A DNA stretch of 64,000 nucleotides, from assembly GCA_947085465.1 (NCBI GenBank), contig CAMTWQ010000025.1, positions 7,691 to 71,690 of the forward strand, written 5' to 3'. Both the position numbers and the translations under genes were made by a program. The DNA is from an uncultured Alphaproteobacteria bacterium. Lineage in GTDB: Bacteria; Pseudomonadota; Alphaproteobacteria; UBA11222. Every line of letters begins with the position of its first letter. Position 1 is the first letter of the stretch. Under the pieces are notes generated by a model. That model did not search any database. It had not been told where the DNA came from and worked only from the letters and a program-made list of their open reading frames with translations. Of the stretch, positions 47,404 through 55,310 are shown piece by piece.

Positions 47404-47877
47404 ATGAATGAGCGGGATTATCCCACGCGCCCCTTTGTGGGCGTCGGCGTTGTGGTGTGGCGAGGCGATGAGGTGCTGCTGATTCAGCGGGGAAAGGGGC
47501 CGCGCAAGGGTCAATGGAGCATCCCAGGCGGCATGCAGGAAGTGGGCGAAACCGCGCGCGAGGCGGGCGTCCGCGAAGTGCGTGAGGAGACCGGCGCCAA
47601 TATCGAGATTGACGCCCTGGTCGATGTGGTGGACACGATCATCCGCGATAAGGATGGGGCGGTGAGAACCCACTATACGCTGGTGGATTATGTTGGCCGG
47701 TGGATCGGCGGCAGCCTGATGGCGGGCGATGACGCCCAGGCCGCCGTCTGGGCGCCCTATACAGAACTGCTGCAATATGGTTTGTGGGCTGAAACCCTGC
47801 GCATCATTGAAGCGGCCAGGAAACTGCGCAACGGTGCTTATTTACAGAATAATCCAGGAGGCGAACATGGCGTATAA
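47404..47877 (+). CDS. NUDIX hydrolase
   Basis: Nudix box GGMQEVGETAREAGVREVREETG. Confidence 0.88.
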   Translation: MNERDYPTRPFVGVGVVVWRGDEVLLIQRGKGPRKGQWSIPGGMQEVGETAREAGVREVREETGANIEIDALVDVVDTIIRDKDGAVRTHYTLVDYVGRWIGGSLMAGDDAQAAVWAPYTELLQYGLWAETLRIIEAARKLRNGAYLQNNPGGEHGV

Positions 47878-48637
47878 GGGGATGGATCTGACCGGCAAGG
47901 TGGCGCTGGTCACCGGCGGCAACGGCGGCATCGGGCTTGGCATGGCCGACGCCATGGCGCAGGCGGGCGCGAATGTCGTGGTCTGGGGCACCAACGCGGA
48001 CAAGAATGCAGCGGCGCACGCACAACTGGCGGCGCATGGCGCAAAAGCGCTGGCGCAAAAAATAGACGTGTCACAAGAGCAGCAGGTCATCGATGGCTTT
48101 GCCGAGGCGGTAAAGCAAATGGGCCGCGTCGATACGGTGATCGCCAATGCGGGAATTGGCTTTGGCGCGCCGTCGTTCATGCAATTAAAAACCGAAACTT
48201 TCCGCAAGGTGATGGCGGTGAACCTTGAAGGCGCGTTCTTTACCCTGCGCGAGGCGGCGCGGCATATGACCAGCCGCGAGGGCGGCGGCTCGATTGTCGG
48301 CGTGGCGAGCCTCGCCGCCGTCGAGGGGGCGGCGCGTAATCAGGCCTATGCGGCAAGCAAGGGCGCGCTGATCTCGATGATCAATGGCATAGCGGTGGAG
48401 CTGGCGCGCTATAATATCCGCTCCAATGTGATCTTGCCAGGATGGATCGCTACCGAGATGACGATGGCGTCACAGGAATCGAAAGTATTCAATGACAAGG
48501 TGATTGGACGTGTGCCGATCCGCCGCTGGGGCGAGCCGGAAGATTTCGGCGGCGTCGCGGTCTATCTGGCCAGCGATGCGTCACGGTTTCACACCGGGGC
48601 AAAATTCGTCATCGATGGCGGCTATGCGATTTTCTAA
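47867..48637 (+). CDS. SDR-family oxidoreductase
   Basis: VTGGNGGIGLG and YAASKGAL motifs. The start is taken at MAYKGMDLTGK, an 11-nt overlap with the NUDIX gene. Confidence 0.88.
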   Translation: MAYKGMDLTGKVALVTGGNGGIGLGMADAMAQAGANVVVWGTNADKNAAAHAQLAAHGAKALAQKIDVSQEQQVIDGFAEAVKQMGRVDTVIANAGIGFGAPSFMQLKTETFRKVMAVNLEGAFFTLREAARHMTSREGGGSIVGVASLAAVEGAARNQAYAASKGALISMINGIAVELARYNIRSNVILPGWIATEMTMASQESKVFNDKVIGRVPIRRWGEPEDFGGVAVYLASDASRFHTGAKFVIDGGYAIF

Positions 48638-48663
48638 ACGCTAGGCCATGTTCAATTCATGTT

Positions 48664-49173
48664 TTGTTAAGACATATCATGCATGATGCGTTTCCGGAGA
48701 AATCCGGAAACCTCGAAACGGCATACCGCTGGAAACAGCGGGACGCAAAGTCACCGGCCTTCACCTTGCATGTTTTGTCGCATGCAAAGAAAGGCGGCGG
48801 GACCACCGAAAGGAGCATTAGAATGGCGCTTCCATTGCCGTCGCGCGCAACACACTCATCGCCGATCAGCCGGCTGATTGAGCCATTTGGCTCATTCATT
48901 GACACCTGTCCGTCACCCGAACCAGCTGTCAAGGCCGTGCGCAGTCCGGTTACTTATCGCAGTTCTCCTGATGGCACGGTTACCATGGGAACGGATTCAC
49001 TCTCCGGTCTGGTGGTGCTGATCGTGCAAAAAACGGAAGGGCGCTGGGATATGGCGCTTCCCGGGCAGGTCGAAAATAACACGCAATGCCAACAGCAGCC
49101 CAGCCTGGAAGCGGCCAAGCAGGCGGCGAATGCGGCGTTTGCGGCGTTTCATGCGCGCGCTGGCGCATCCTAG
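48664..49173 (+). CDS. Hypothetical protein (start uncertain)
   Basis: An ORF only, with no recognised motif. It is followed by the hairpin attaagttcga...tcgaacttaat at about 49187-49217. Confidence 0.3.
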   Translation: MLRHIMHDAFPEKSGNLETAYRWKQRDAKSPAFTLHVLSHAKKGGGTTERSIRMALPLPSRATHSSPISRLIEPFGSFIDTCPSPEPAVKAVRSPVTYRSSPDGTVTMGTDSLSGLVVLIVQKTEGRWDMALPGQVENNTQCQQQPSLEAAKQAANAAFAAFHARAGAS

Positions 49174-49323
49174 AGCAATCTGCATTAAGTTCGAACCATG
49201 AGGCTCGAACTTAATAAAGAAAATTGCTTGCCTGTAACCCGGATGTGAAACGGATCGAATAGCTGTTGGATGCGGCGGTAAGCGCCCTTCCTTAACAGAC
49301 ATAACTCACAAGAGGATCCGCTC

Positions 49324-49593
49324 ATGACACTCCGCACCAATATTGTACTGGCCGCAACGGCGTTGGCTCTGTCTCTGTCAAGCGCAGCCTTCGCGCAATT
49401 CAATGAAGACCTAGGCAAGCGCGTCATGGAGAAATGCTCCATGATGATGAAGGGCGACATGCCGAAAATGGACGATATGATGAAAAAATGCGACATGATG
49501 ATGAAAGGCGAAAAGATGGATGACGCCGGCATGATGAAGATGGATGAGATGATGAAGACAGACGGCATGATGAAAGACGATATGAAGAAGTAA
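49324..49593 (+). CDS. Secreted Met/Lys/Asp-rich small protein (MXKDX pentapeptide-repeat-like)
   Basis: Signal peptide MTLRTNIVLAATALALSLSSAAFA. The 65-aa mature part contains 20 Met by hand count, in MMMKGD / MMKK / MMKTD units, plus 2 Cys. Confidence 0.7.
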   Translation: MTLRTNIVLAATALALSLSSAAFAQFNEDLGKRVMEKCSMMMKGDMPKMDDMMKKCDMMMKGEKMDDAGMMKMDEMMKTDGMMKDDMKK

Positions 49594-49663
49594 TATCCTG
49601 GCTTGGCCATCCGCTCGATTAGGTTGGCTTTAGCCAAACCTGTGCGCGGATGGCCGCGCTTTA

Positions 49664-50074
49664 TTATGGGCTGGCTGGTGTTCCGCCCGCTCTGGCGCGA
49701 TAGGACGCCGCCGCATCAGCCAGTTTGGAAAAATTATCCCGGATATGCGCATAAATTTGATGGGCTAATGCGGCGTTATATGTGTGCGAGGTGTTATTGC
49801 GGTCACTCAGCATTTGCAGCCATGCCGCCTCATCATCTATCCACTGCGCTTTGAACGCCTCGCGGATAACAGCGCGCGGGGTGGCGGCGGCAATGCCTTC
49901 CGCTTCCAGCATGTGCATGAGTGTTTTCCAGTTCAGTTCGAAGGCGAACTCGAAGCGCTGAATCGTGCCATCCACGGCCAGCGGATTGGTTTGCGGTTCT
50001 TCCAGCGCTTCCTTTAGCCGCAGCACCGCCTGCTCCAGATTACTCAGCGATTGTTCAATTTTATCCGCGCTCAT
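49664..50074 (-). CDS. HEPN-domain toxin, HI0074/HepT family (nucleotidyltransferase substrate-binding subunit)
   Basis: The Rx4HxY motif is present (RNNTSHTY). 136 aa from MSADKIEQ. The 5' end overlaps the upstream MNT gene by 14 nt. Confidence 0.75.
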   Translation of the reverse strand: MSADKIEQSLSNLEQAVLRLKEALEEPQTNPLAVDGTIQRFEFAFELNWKTLMHMLEAEGIAAATPRAVIREAFKAQWIDDEAAWLQMLSDRNNTSHTYNAALAHQIYAHIRDNFSKLADAAASYRARAGGTPASP

Positions 50075-50363
50075 ACAGCAAGCGTCCTTCCGCCATGATC
50101 CGTTGCGCGAATTCGGGCGCCGCCTCCTCAAGGCGGATGGCGTCGATCTTCAACAAAGTATCCGCCACGTCAATGGCCTCACATATGTCGGCCCAAACCC
50201 GCGCATCCGCCAGCGGGCAGGCAATCGCCAGATCGATGTCCGAGCGCGGGCCAGCATCGCCGCGCGCCCGCGAGCCAAACAGATAGACCCGTTCCACCTG
50301 CGCAAAGCGCTGTAATTGACGCACGACAATCTGCGCCGGGGCAATCTGGTCCGCTAATTCCAT
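50061..50363 (-). CDS. Minimal nucleotidyltransferase (MNT/MntA-type antitoxin)
   Basis: The GSRARGDAGPRSDIDL motif fits GSxxxGxxxxxSDxD. 100 aa from MELADQ. Confidence 0.75.
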   Translation of the reverse strand: MELADQIAPAQIVVRQLQRFAQVERVYLFGSRARGDAGPRSDIDLAIACPLADARVWADICEAIDVADTLLKIDAIRLEEAAPEFAQRIMAEGRLLYERG

Positions 50364-50429
50364 GTGGTGCCGCCGCCTGGTTACCGGTACACTATATGGC
50401 GAACTTACTGGGAATGAGGGGAGATTGCC

Positions 50430-50729
50430 ATGCTGGTTATATCGGGTGAAATCCGGGTCGCACCGGAAAGCCGCGGCAAAATGATCGAACAGGCCATCAT
50501 TATGGCGCAAGCGACGCGCACCGAGGCTGGCTGCCACGCCTACTCTTTTTACACGGACATTGAAGATCCGAATGTATTGCGGATTTTTGAGGAGTGGGAA
50601 TCCGATGCGGCCCTGGCGGCGCATTTCAAGGCCCCACATATGGCGGCCTACCGGGCAGCGACTAAAGGCCTGACAGTGATATCACGCGCCCTCAAAAAGT
50701 ATGAGATAGCAAGCGCCAGCCCGCTTTAG
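50430..50729 (+). CDS. ABM-domain (antibiotic biosynthesis monooxygenase-like / quinol monooxygenase) protein
   Basis: 99 aa. ...TRTEAGCHAYSFYTDIEDPNVLRIFEEWESDAALAAHFKAPH is typical of ABM domains. Confidence 0.6.
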   Translation: MLVISGEIRVAPESRGKMIEQAIIMAQATRTEAGCHAYSFYTDIEDPNVLRIFEEWESDAALAAHFKAPHMAAYRAATKGLTVISRALKKYEIASASPL

Positions 50730-50831
50730 CCCCCTGATGATGTGTCAATGCGCCGGGTTAATACGGGTATATTGACCCGCCGCCCCGGCTGACATATACA
50801 GCGGCTTCCTTTCCGCAAAGCGAATATACAA

Positions 50832-51152
50832 ATGGCAAAAATTACCTACATAGAACATAGCGGCGTCGAGCATGTGATTGACGTGGCTGATGGCCTGTCC
50901 GTTATGGAAGGGGCGGTGCAAAACCTGGTGCCTGGGATTGATGGGGATTGCGGCGGCGCCTGCGCCTGCGCAACGTGCCATGTCTATGTGGATCCGGCCT
51001 GGCTGGAGAAAACCGGCAAGCGTGAGCAGATGGAGCAAAGCATGCTCGATTTTGCATCCGAGGTGAAGGAGAACAGCCGCCTAAGCTGTCAGATCAAGGT
51101 TGCCAAGGCGCTGGATGGCCTTATCGTGCGGATGCCTGAGCATCAATATTGA
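50832..51152 (+). CDS. 2Fe-2S ferredoxin (adrenodoxin/putidaredoxin type)
   Basis: [11 protein letters not shown] ... C cluster motif. 106 aa. Confidence 0.88.
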   Translation: MAKITYIEHSGVEHVIDVADGLSVMEGAVQNLVPGIDGDCGGACACATCHVYVDPAWLEKTGKREQMEQSMLDFASEVKENSRLSCQIKVAKALDGLIVRMPEHQY

Positions 51153-52376
51153 TCAGGCCGCAACCGCCGTCATCGGCACGTTCACATCGGCAAGCTTTTC
51201 CAGATTGATGGGCGTTTTGTTGGCGGCCAATTGTTTAGACGCCATGAATTCTGCGGGACTGTTCACCGCATCGACGGCGATGATCACATTGCCCTTCAGG
51301 TAGAAGGCGGCGAAGGCGCGTTTTTCCATGCTGCCGCGAATGATGACTTTGTCGTGCGCGCCGGACAGGCCAACGATCTGTAATTTCAGATCATATTGAT
51401 CCGACCAGAACCACGGCACTTGAGCATATTCAACCAGCTTGCCGCACATGGCCGCAGCAGCACTCTTTCCTTGTTCCAGGGCGTTATGCACCGACTCAAG
51501 CCGCAACCTGCGCCCCAGCAGCCGGTTGGGATGGTTGGCGCAGTCACCCGCTGCAAAAATATCGGTATCTTGCGTGCGGCCATATTCATCGACCACGATC
51601 CCGTTGTCGCAAGCAAGGCCAGCGGCTTGCGCCAGTTCTACATTGGGGACGATGCCCGCGCCGATAATGGCTACATCTGCCGGGAATTCGCGGCCATCGG
51701 CGGTGAGCACGCGCTCAATCCGGTTACTACCGGAAAATCCCTGGACGGCGGCGCCATTTTCAATTTTCACCCCGGCGCTGCGATGCACGCCTGCGAAAAA
51801 CTCCGCGACCTGAGGATCCATAACCCGCGCCAGAACGGTTGGCGCCATTTCCACCACCGTCACATCAAACCCGCGCGACACCATGACGGCGGCGACCTCA
51901 AGCCCGATATATCCGCCACCTGCAATGACTAGCTTGCCACCAGGTTTCAGATAGGCGCGGATGGCTTCAACATCCTTGATCGTGCGCAGATAAAAGACTC
52001 CGGGCAAATCAACGCCGGGCAAGTTTAAGGTCCGCACACGCGAGCCAGTGGTGATTATCAGTCTGTCATAAGCAATGGCGCGGCCATCGCTGAGCGTCAC
52101 CTGTTTCGCCTTGCGATCAATGGACGCAGCCCTGGTGTTCAGCATCAGCTCAATAGCGGATTTTTCGTAAAACGCAGGCGGTTTAAAATAGACGCGCTCA
52201 ATGTCCAACTCGCCCGCCAAAAACTTTTTCGACAGTGGCGGGCGCTGATAGGGAATGTAAGGCTCCTCGCCAATCATCACAATGCGGCCGGTAAAGCCAC
52301 AGGCGGAACTGCGCAGGCTTTGCGCTACCTGGCCAGCGGCCTGGCCAGCCCCAAGAATTACAAATGTTTCTATCAT
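51153..52376 (-). CDS. FAD-dependent NAD(P)H:ferredoxin reductase (putidaredoxin-reductase-like)
   Basis: ILGAGQAAGQ and IAGGGYIGLE dinucleotide-binding motifs. 407 aa. Its stop abuts the ferredoxin stop (convergent). Confidence 0.85.
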   Translation of the reverse strand: MIETFVILGAGQAAGQVAQSLRSSACGFTGRIVMIGEEPYIPYQRPPLSKKFLAGELDIERVYFKPPAFYEKSAIELMLNTRAASIDRKAKQVTLSDGRAIAYDRLIITTGSRVRTLNLPGVDLPGVFYLRTIKDVEAIRAYLKPGGKLVIAGGGYIGLEVAAVMVSRGFDVTVVEMAPTVLARVMDPQVAEFFAGVHRSAGVKIENGAAVQGFSGSNRIERVLTADGREFPADVAIIGAGIVPNVELAQAAGLACDNGIVVDEYGRTQDTDIFAAGDCANHPNRLLGRRLRLESVHNALEQGKSAAAAMCGKLVEYAQVPWFWSDQYDLKLQIVGLSGAHDKVIIRGSMEKRAFAAFYLKGNVIIAVDAVNSPAEFMASKQLAANKTPINLEKLADVNVPMTAVAA

Positions 52377-52537
52377 TTCAATATCTTAAAAAGTTGATCG
52401 GGCAGAGGCGTTAGGGGGCGCATTTTTCAACTCTATAAACACACTCAGTATACGAGAGCGCGTAAACACTAACCGTAACTTAACTTATTTTATCCATACA
52501 TAACCGGCAACACTCGTTTTCATATTATTCAAATGAG

Positions 52538-52888
52538 ATGGTGGGTGAGTGGCTTTTGCTGTTGTCGGCGCGCGCCGTCGATTCGCCGGAAAGCCGGGCG
52601 GCTTTGTTTAACGAAATCAACTCCACTGCATTCGATTTGATGGAAAATGGCGGCGTATTTGGATATCCGCTGGTCTCAACCTTCGCCGGACAGCTTTATA
52701 AACTCACCGGCAAGGACAGCGGCATGGATGATCCCCATGTGGAGATCATCAGGGCGCATATTGACGCCCTTCGCGCCGTCATCAAGGGGCGCGTAAAAGG
52801 CGTCAGCGGCGATGTTGCCGGAAAATTGATAGCCGATCTTGAAAGCGCTGTAAAAAAGCACGCGCCAGCCATTCAGCTTGCCTCCTAA
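52538..52888 (+). CDS. HPt-like protein with the phospho-accepting His replaced by Phe (shorter paralog of 53588-54127)
   Basis: It aligns by eye over about 100 aa with the C-terminal half of the downstream HPt protein. TAFDLMENGGVFGY aligns with IAHDMKGQGGTFGY. Codon F32 lies at 52631-52633. Confidence 0.55.
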   Translation: MVGEWLLLLSARAVDSPESRAALFNEINSTAFDLMENGGVFGYPLVSTFAGQLYKLTGKDSGMDDPHVEIIRAHIDALRAVIKGRVKGVSGDVAGKLIADLESAVKKHAPAIQLAS

Positions 52889-53016
52889 TCTGTTTTTTGC
52901 TTTCGTGAGGCGCGGATAGTTTTTATCTGAAACCAATGTATTAGATACTATTCCGCAGGTGAGCATACAGAAAGCGTTAAGGATTTTTCCTTAATATTTA
53001 ATACTATTTCTTAGGC

Positions 53017-53595
53017 ATGAGTGCGCCAGAGGCGGCAAAAATGGCTGATTACAATTTTGAACGCCTCAACGTACTTCTGGTCGAGGACAGCCCGTTCCTG
53101 ACATCCTTGATGATGACCTGCCTGCGAGAACTCGGCGTAGTAAATATCAAAACCGCAACACACGGCGGTGACGCTATTGATCTCATAAAACTGATGACTG
53201 TGGATCCGAGCCGCGCCGGGATCATGAGTGTGGATGTGATTATTTCTAATTGGCAGATGTCGCCGGTGGATGGGACGATTTTGCTGCGCTGGGTCCGGCG
53301 GCATAAGGAAAGCCCCAACCGGTTCATGCCATTCATCATGATTTCAGGACATTCCGAAACCCACCTTGTCAATCAAGTTCGCGATTTAGGCGTAACGGAA
53401 TTTCTGGCCAAACCGTTCTCTGTCTTATCGTTTGCCCAGCGCATAGTGCAGGTCGTTGAAAGACCACGCCAGTTTATTCAGTCAGAACAATATTTCGGCC
53501 CGGACCGGAGGCGCAAACCCATCCCGCTTGATAACAGGCCCGACCGCCGCTCGCTTACAGACAGCAGCCCTGAAGTCGAGGTGATTCATGCCTAA
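53017..53595 (+). CDS. CheY-like receiver-domain protein with Asn at the phospho-acceptor position and an Arg-rich C-terminal tail
   Basis: VLLVEDSP..., IISNWQMSPVDG aligns without gaps to CheY VISDWNMPNMDG (D57 equivalent is N78, codon 53248-53250). MISGHS and LAKPF are conserved. The tail is YFGPDRRRKPIPLDNRPDRR. Confidence 0.8.
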   Translation: MSAPEAAKMADYNFERLNVLLVEDSPFLTSLMMTCLRELGVVNIKTATHGGDAIDLIKLMTVDPSRAGIMSVDVIISNWQMSPVDGTILLRWVRRHKESPNRFMPFIMISGHSETHLVNQVRDLGVTEFLAKPFSVLSFAQRIVQVVERPRQFIQSEQYFGPDRRRKPIPLDNRPDRRSLTDSSPEVEVIHA

Positions 53596-54127
53596 CGTGG
53601 ATACAAAACCTAAACCCAATATCAAGGTGCGCATTTTCCGGCTGGAAAACCGCTTGCGGGATAAGGTGGGCGGGCTTGGCGTCGGGCGTGAGAAATTGAG
53701 TATTTCAATTGTGGCTTTGGAAAAGGCTCAGGCGGCGCTTGAGACGCTCTCGGAAGATTATCCTGACTGGGTTTCCAAGCATATCGATCAATTAACGGCA
53801 TTAGTTGTAAACGCTGCGGAGAAGCCTGAAAATCGAAGTGATATTTTCGCCGAAATCAATCACATTGCCCACGATATGAAGGGGCAGGGCGGCACGTTCG
53901 GCTATGTTCTGGTGACCATCTTTGCTGACTCCCTGCACAAGTTCACCACCAAGACCGCAGGCCGCACGGATCAGCACCTTGAAATCGTTAAGGCCCATAT
54001 TGACGTGATGCGCGCGGTGATAAAGGGGCGCGTTCAGGGCAAGGGGGGCGAAACCGGCAAGCAATTGATCGACTCATTGCAAATGGCCATTAAAAAATAT
54101 TCGCCTAAGAATCAGCTAATACATTAG
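53588..54127 (+). CDS. HPt (histidine phosphotransfer) domain protein
   Basis: HDMKGQGGTFG fits the HxxKGxxxxxG HPt signature (H95, codon 53870-53872). Its ATG overlaps the receiver gene by 8 nt. Confidence 0.7.
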   Translation: MPNVDTKPKPNIKVRIFRLENRLRDKVGGLGVGREKLSISIVALEKAQAALETLSEDYPDWVSKHIDQLTALVVNAAEKPENRSDIFAEINHIAHDMKGQGGTFGYVLVTIFADSLHKFTTKTAGRTDQHLEIVKAHIDVMRAVIKGRVQGKGGETGKQLIDSLQMAIKKYSPKNQLIH

Positions 54128-54404
54128 TTTTTGGGAGGCATTGCGCGCCCTGCCTGCGGCCGGTAAAATCTTTCCTTTGCGTCCGTTGGCGTCCCGGAAT
54201 AAACACCGGGGCAGAGTCGCCAGGCTAGGAATACATCCAGAATTTCTGAATTAGCGCGCGCGGCTTCTCTAATTAGTTGAAATATAGAGAAATTTCATTC
54301 ATTTAGTCTGGTAGTCTGGCGCGGAAAATTCCCGTCCCTTTGGATTATCTCCTAAATACGAGATATCGAAAAAGTATAAAAACAGCGGCGCTAATCGGCA
54401 TATA

Positions 54405-55295
54405 GTGACGGATATGACAATAGAAACTGACCCCCTCGCTGAGTTTAGAGATGAAATCGACCAAATCGATGATGCTCTGCATGATCTCATTATGCGGCGC
54501 GCCGGGGTTGTGCAGCACATAGCCGCGGTTAAAGCGAAAGAATCAAAGCACACGGAAGCGCCGGTCTTTGCCATGCGCCCGGGCCGTGAGGCAAAGATTA
54601 TCAGGCGCTTGCTGGCGCGGCATTCGGGTCCGCTTCCAGCGGCGGTCGTTGCCCGTGTGTGGCGCGAACTGATCTCGGCGCTGACTGGTATGCAGGGGCC
54701 TTTAGAGGTGGTGGTGTTTGGGTCATCCGAGCCTGTTGCTTACTGGGATTTGGCGCGCTCGCATTTTGGCTCGGTCACACAGGCAAGCCTCTATACCTCA
54801 ACAGCGCAAGTGATGGGCCGTGTGGCGGAAGGCCTGGGCACGGTTGGAATTTTACCGGCGCCAGGCGGCGGTGATCCGGCTGGCGACTGGTGGCCGGCGC
54901 TGGCGCATGCTTTGCCGGGCCGGGGAGCTGATGGCGGCGTCCGAATCGTCGCGCGACTGCCATTTGTTCGGATGGCTGGCCGGCAGGAGCCGGACGCCGT
55001 CGCCGTGGCGCGCAATGATCGCGAAGAAACCGGTAATGACCGCAGTTACTTGCTGTTATTTTGCCGTAACGAAATGAGCCGTGCGGCGGTCCGGCGGTTA
55101 TTGCTTGGTTGCGGGATTGAAGCAGAACCAGTTGACACCGGCAAGTCGGATAAGCGGCTTATGCTATTCGATGCGGCTGGTTATATCGCTGACGATGATC
55201 CGCGCTTGATAAGCGCCGTGGAGTCTCCAGAAAAATTGCTTGAGCGTATTCTAGTTGCGGGCGGATATGCGGTTCCCTTGCAATTAACGCTATAA
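54405..55295 (+). CDS. Chorismate mutase family protein
   Basis: LAEFRDEIDQIDDALHDLIMRRAGVV is an AroQ-type CM helix 1. Conserved position before hisC-tyrC. Confidence 0.75.
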   Translation: MTDMTIETDPLAEFRDEIDQIDDALHDLIMRRAGVVQHIAAVKAKESKHTEAPVFAMRPGREAKIIRRLLARHSGPLPAAVVARVWRELISALTGMQGPLEVVVFGSSEPVAYWDLARSHFGSVTQASLYTSTAQVMGRVAEGLGTVGILPAPGGGDPAGDWWPALAHALPGRGADGGVRIVARLPFVRMAGRQEPDAVAVARNDREETGNDRSYLLLFCRNEMSRAAVRRLLLGCGIEAEPVDTGKSDKRLMLFDAAGYIADDDPRLISAVESPEKLLERILVAGGYAVPLQLTL

Positions 55296-55310
55296 ATCCG
55301 GAGCGACCCA

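Noticed and set aside
49185-49637. 150-aa minus-strand ORF rich in Ile/Phe/Ser/Met (…IISSIFIMPASSIFSPFIIMSHFFIISSIF…).
   Set aside because: It is the antisense reading of the Met/Lys/Asp-repeat gene. The plus-strand ORF has a proper signal peptide and start context. The antisense ORF is a compositional mirror image.
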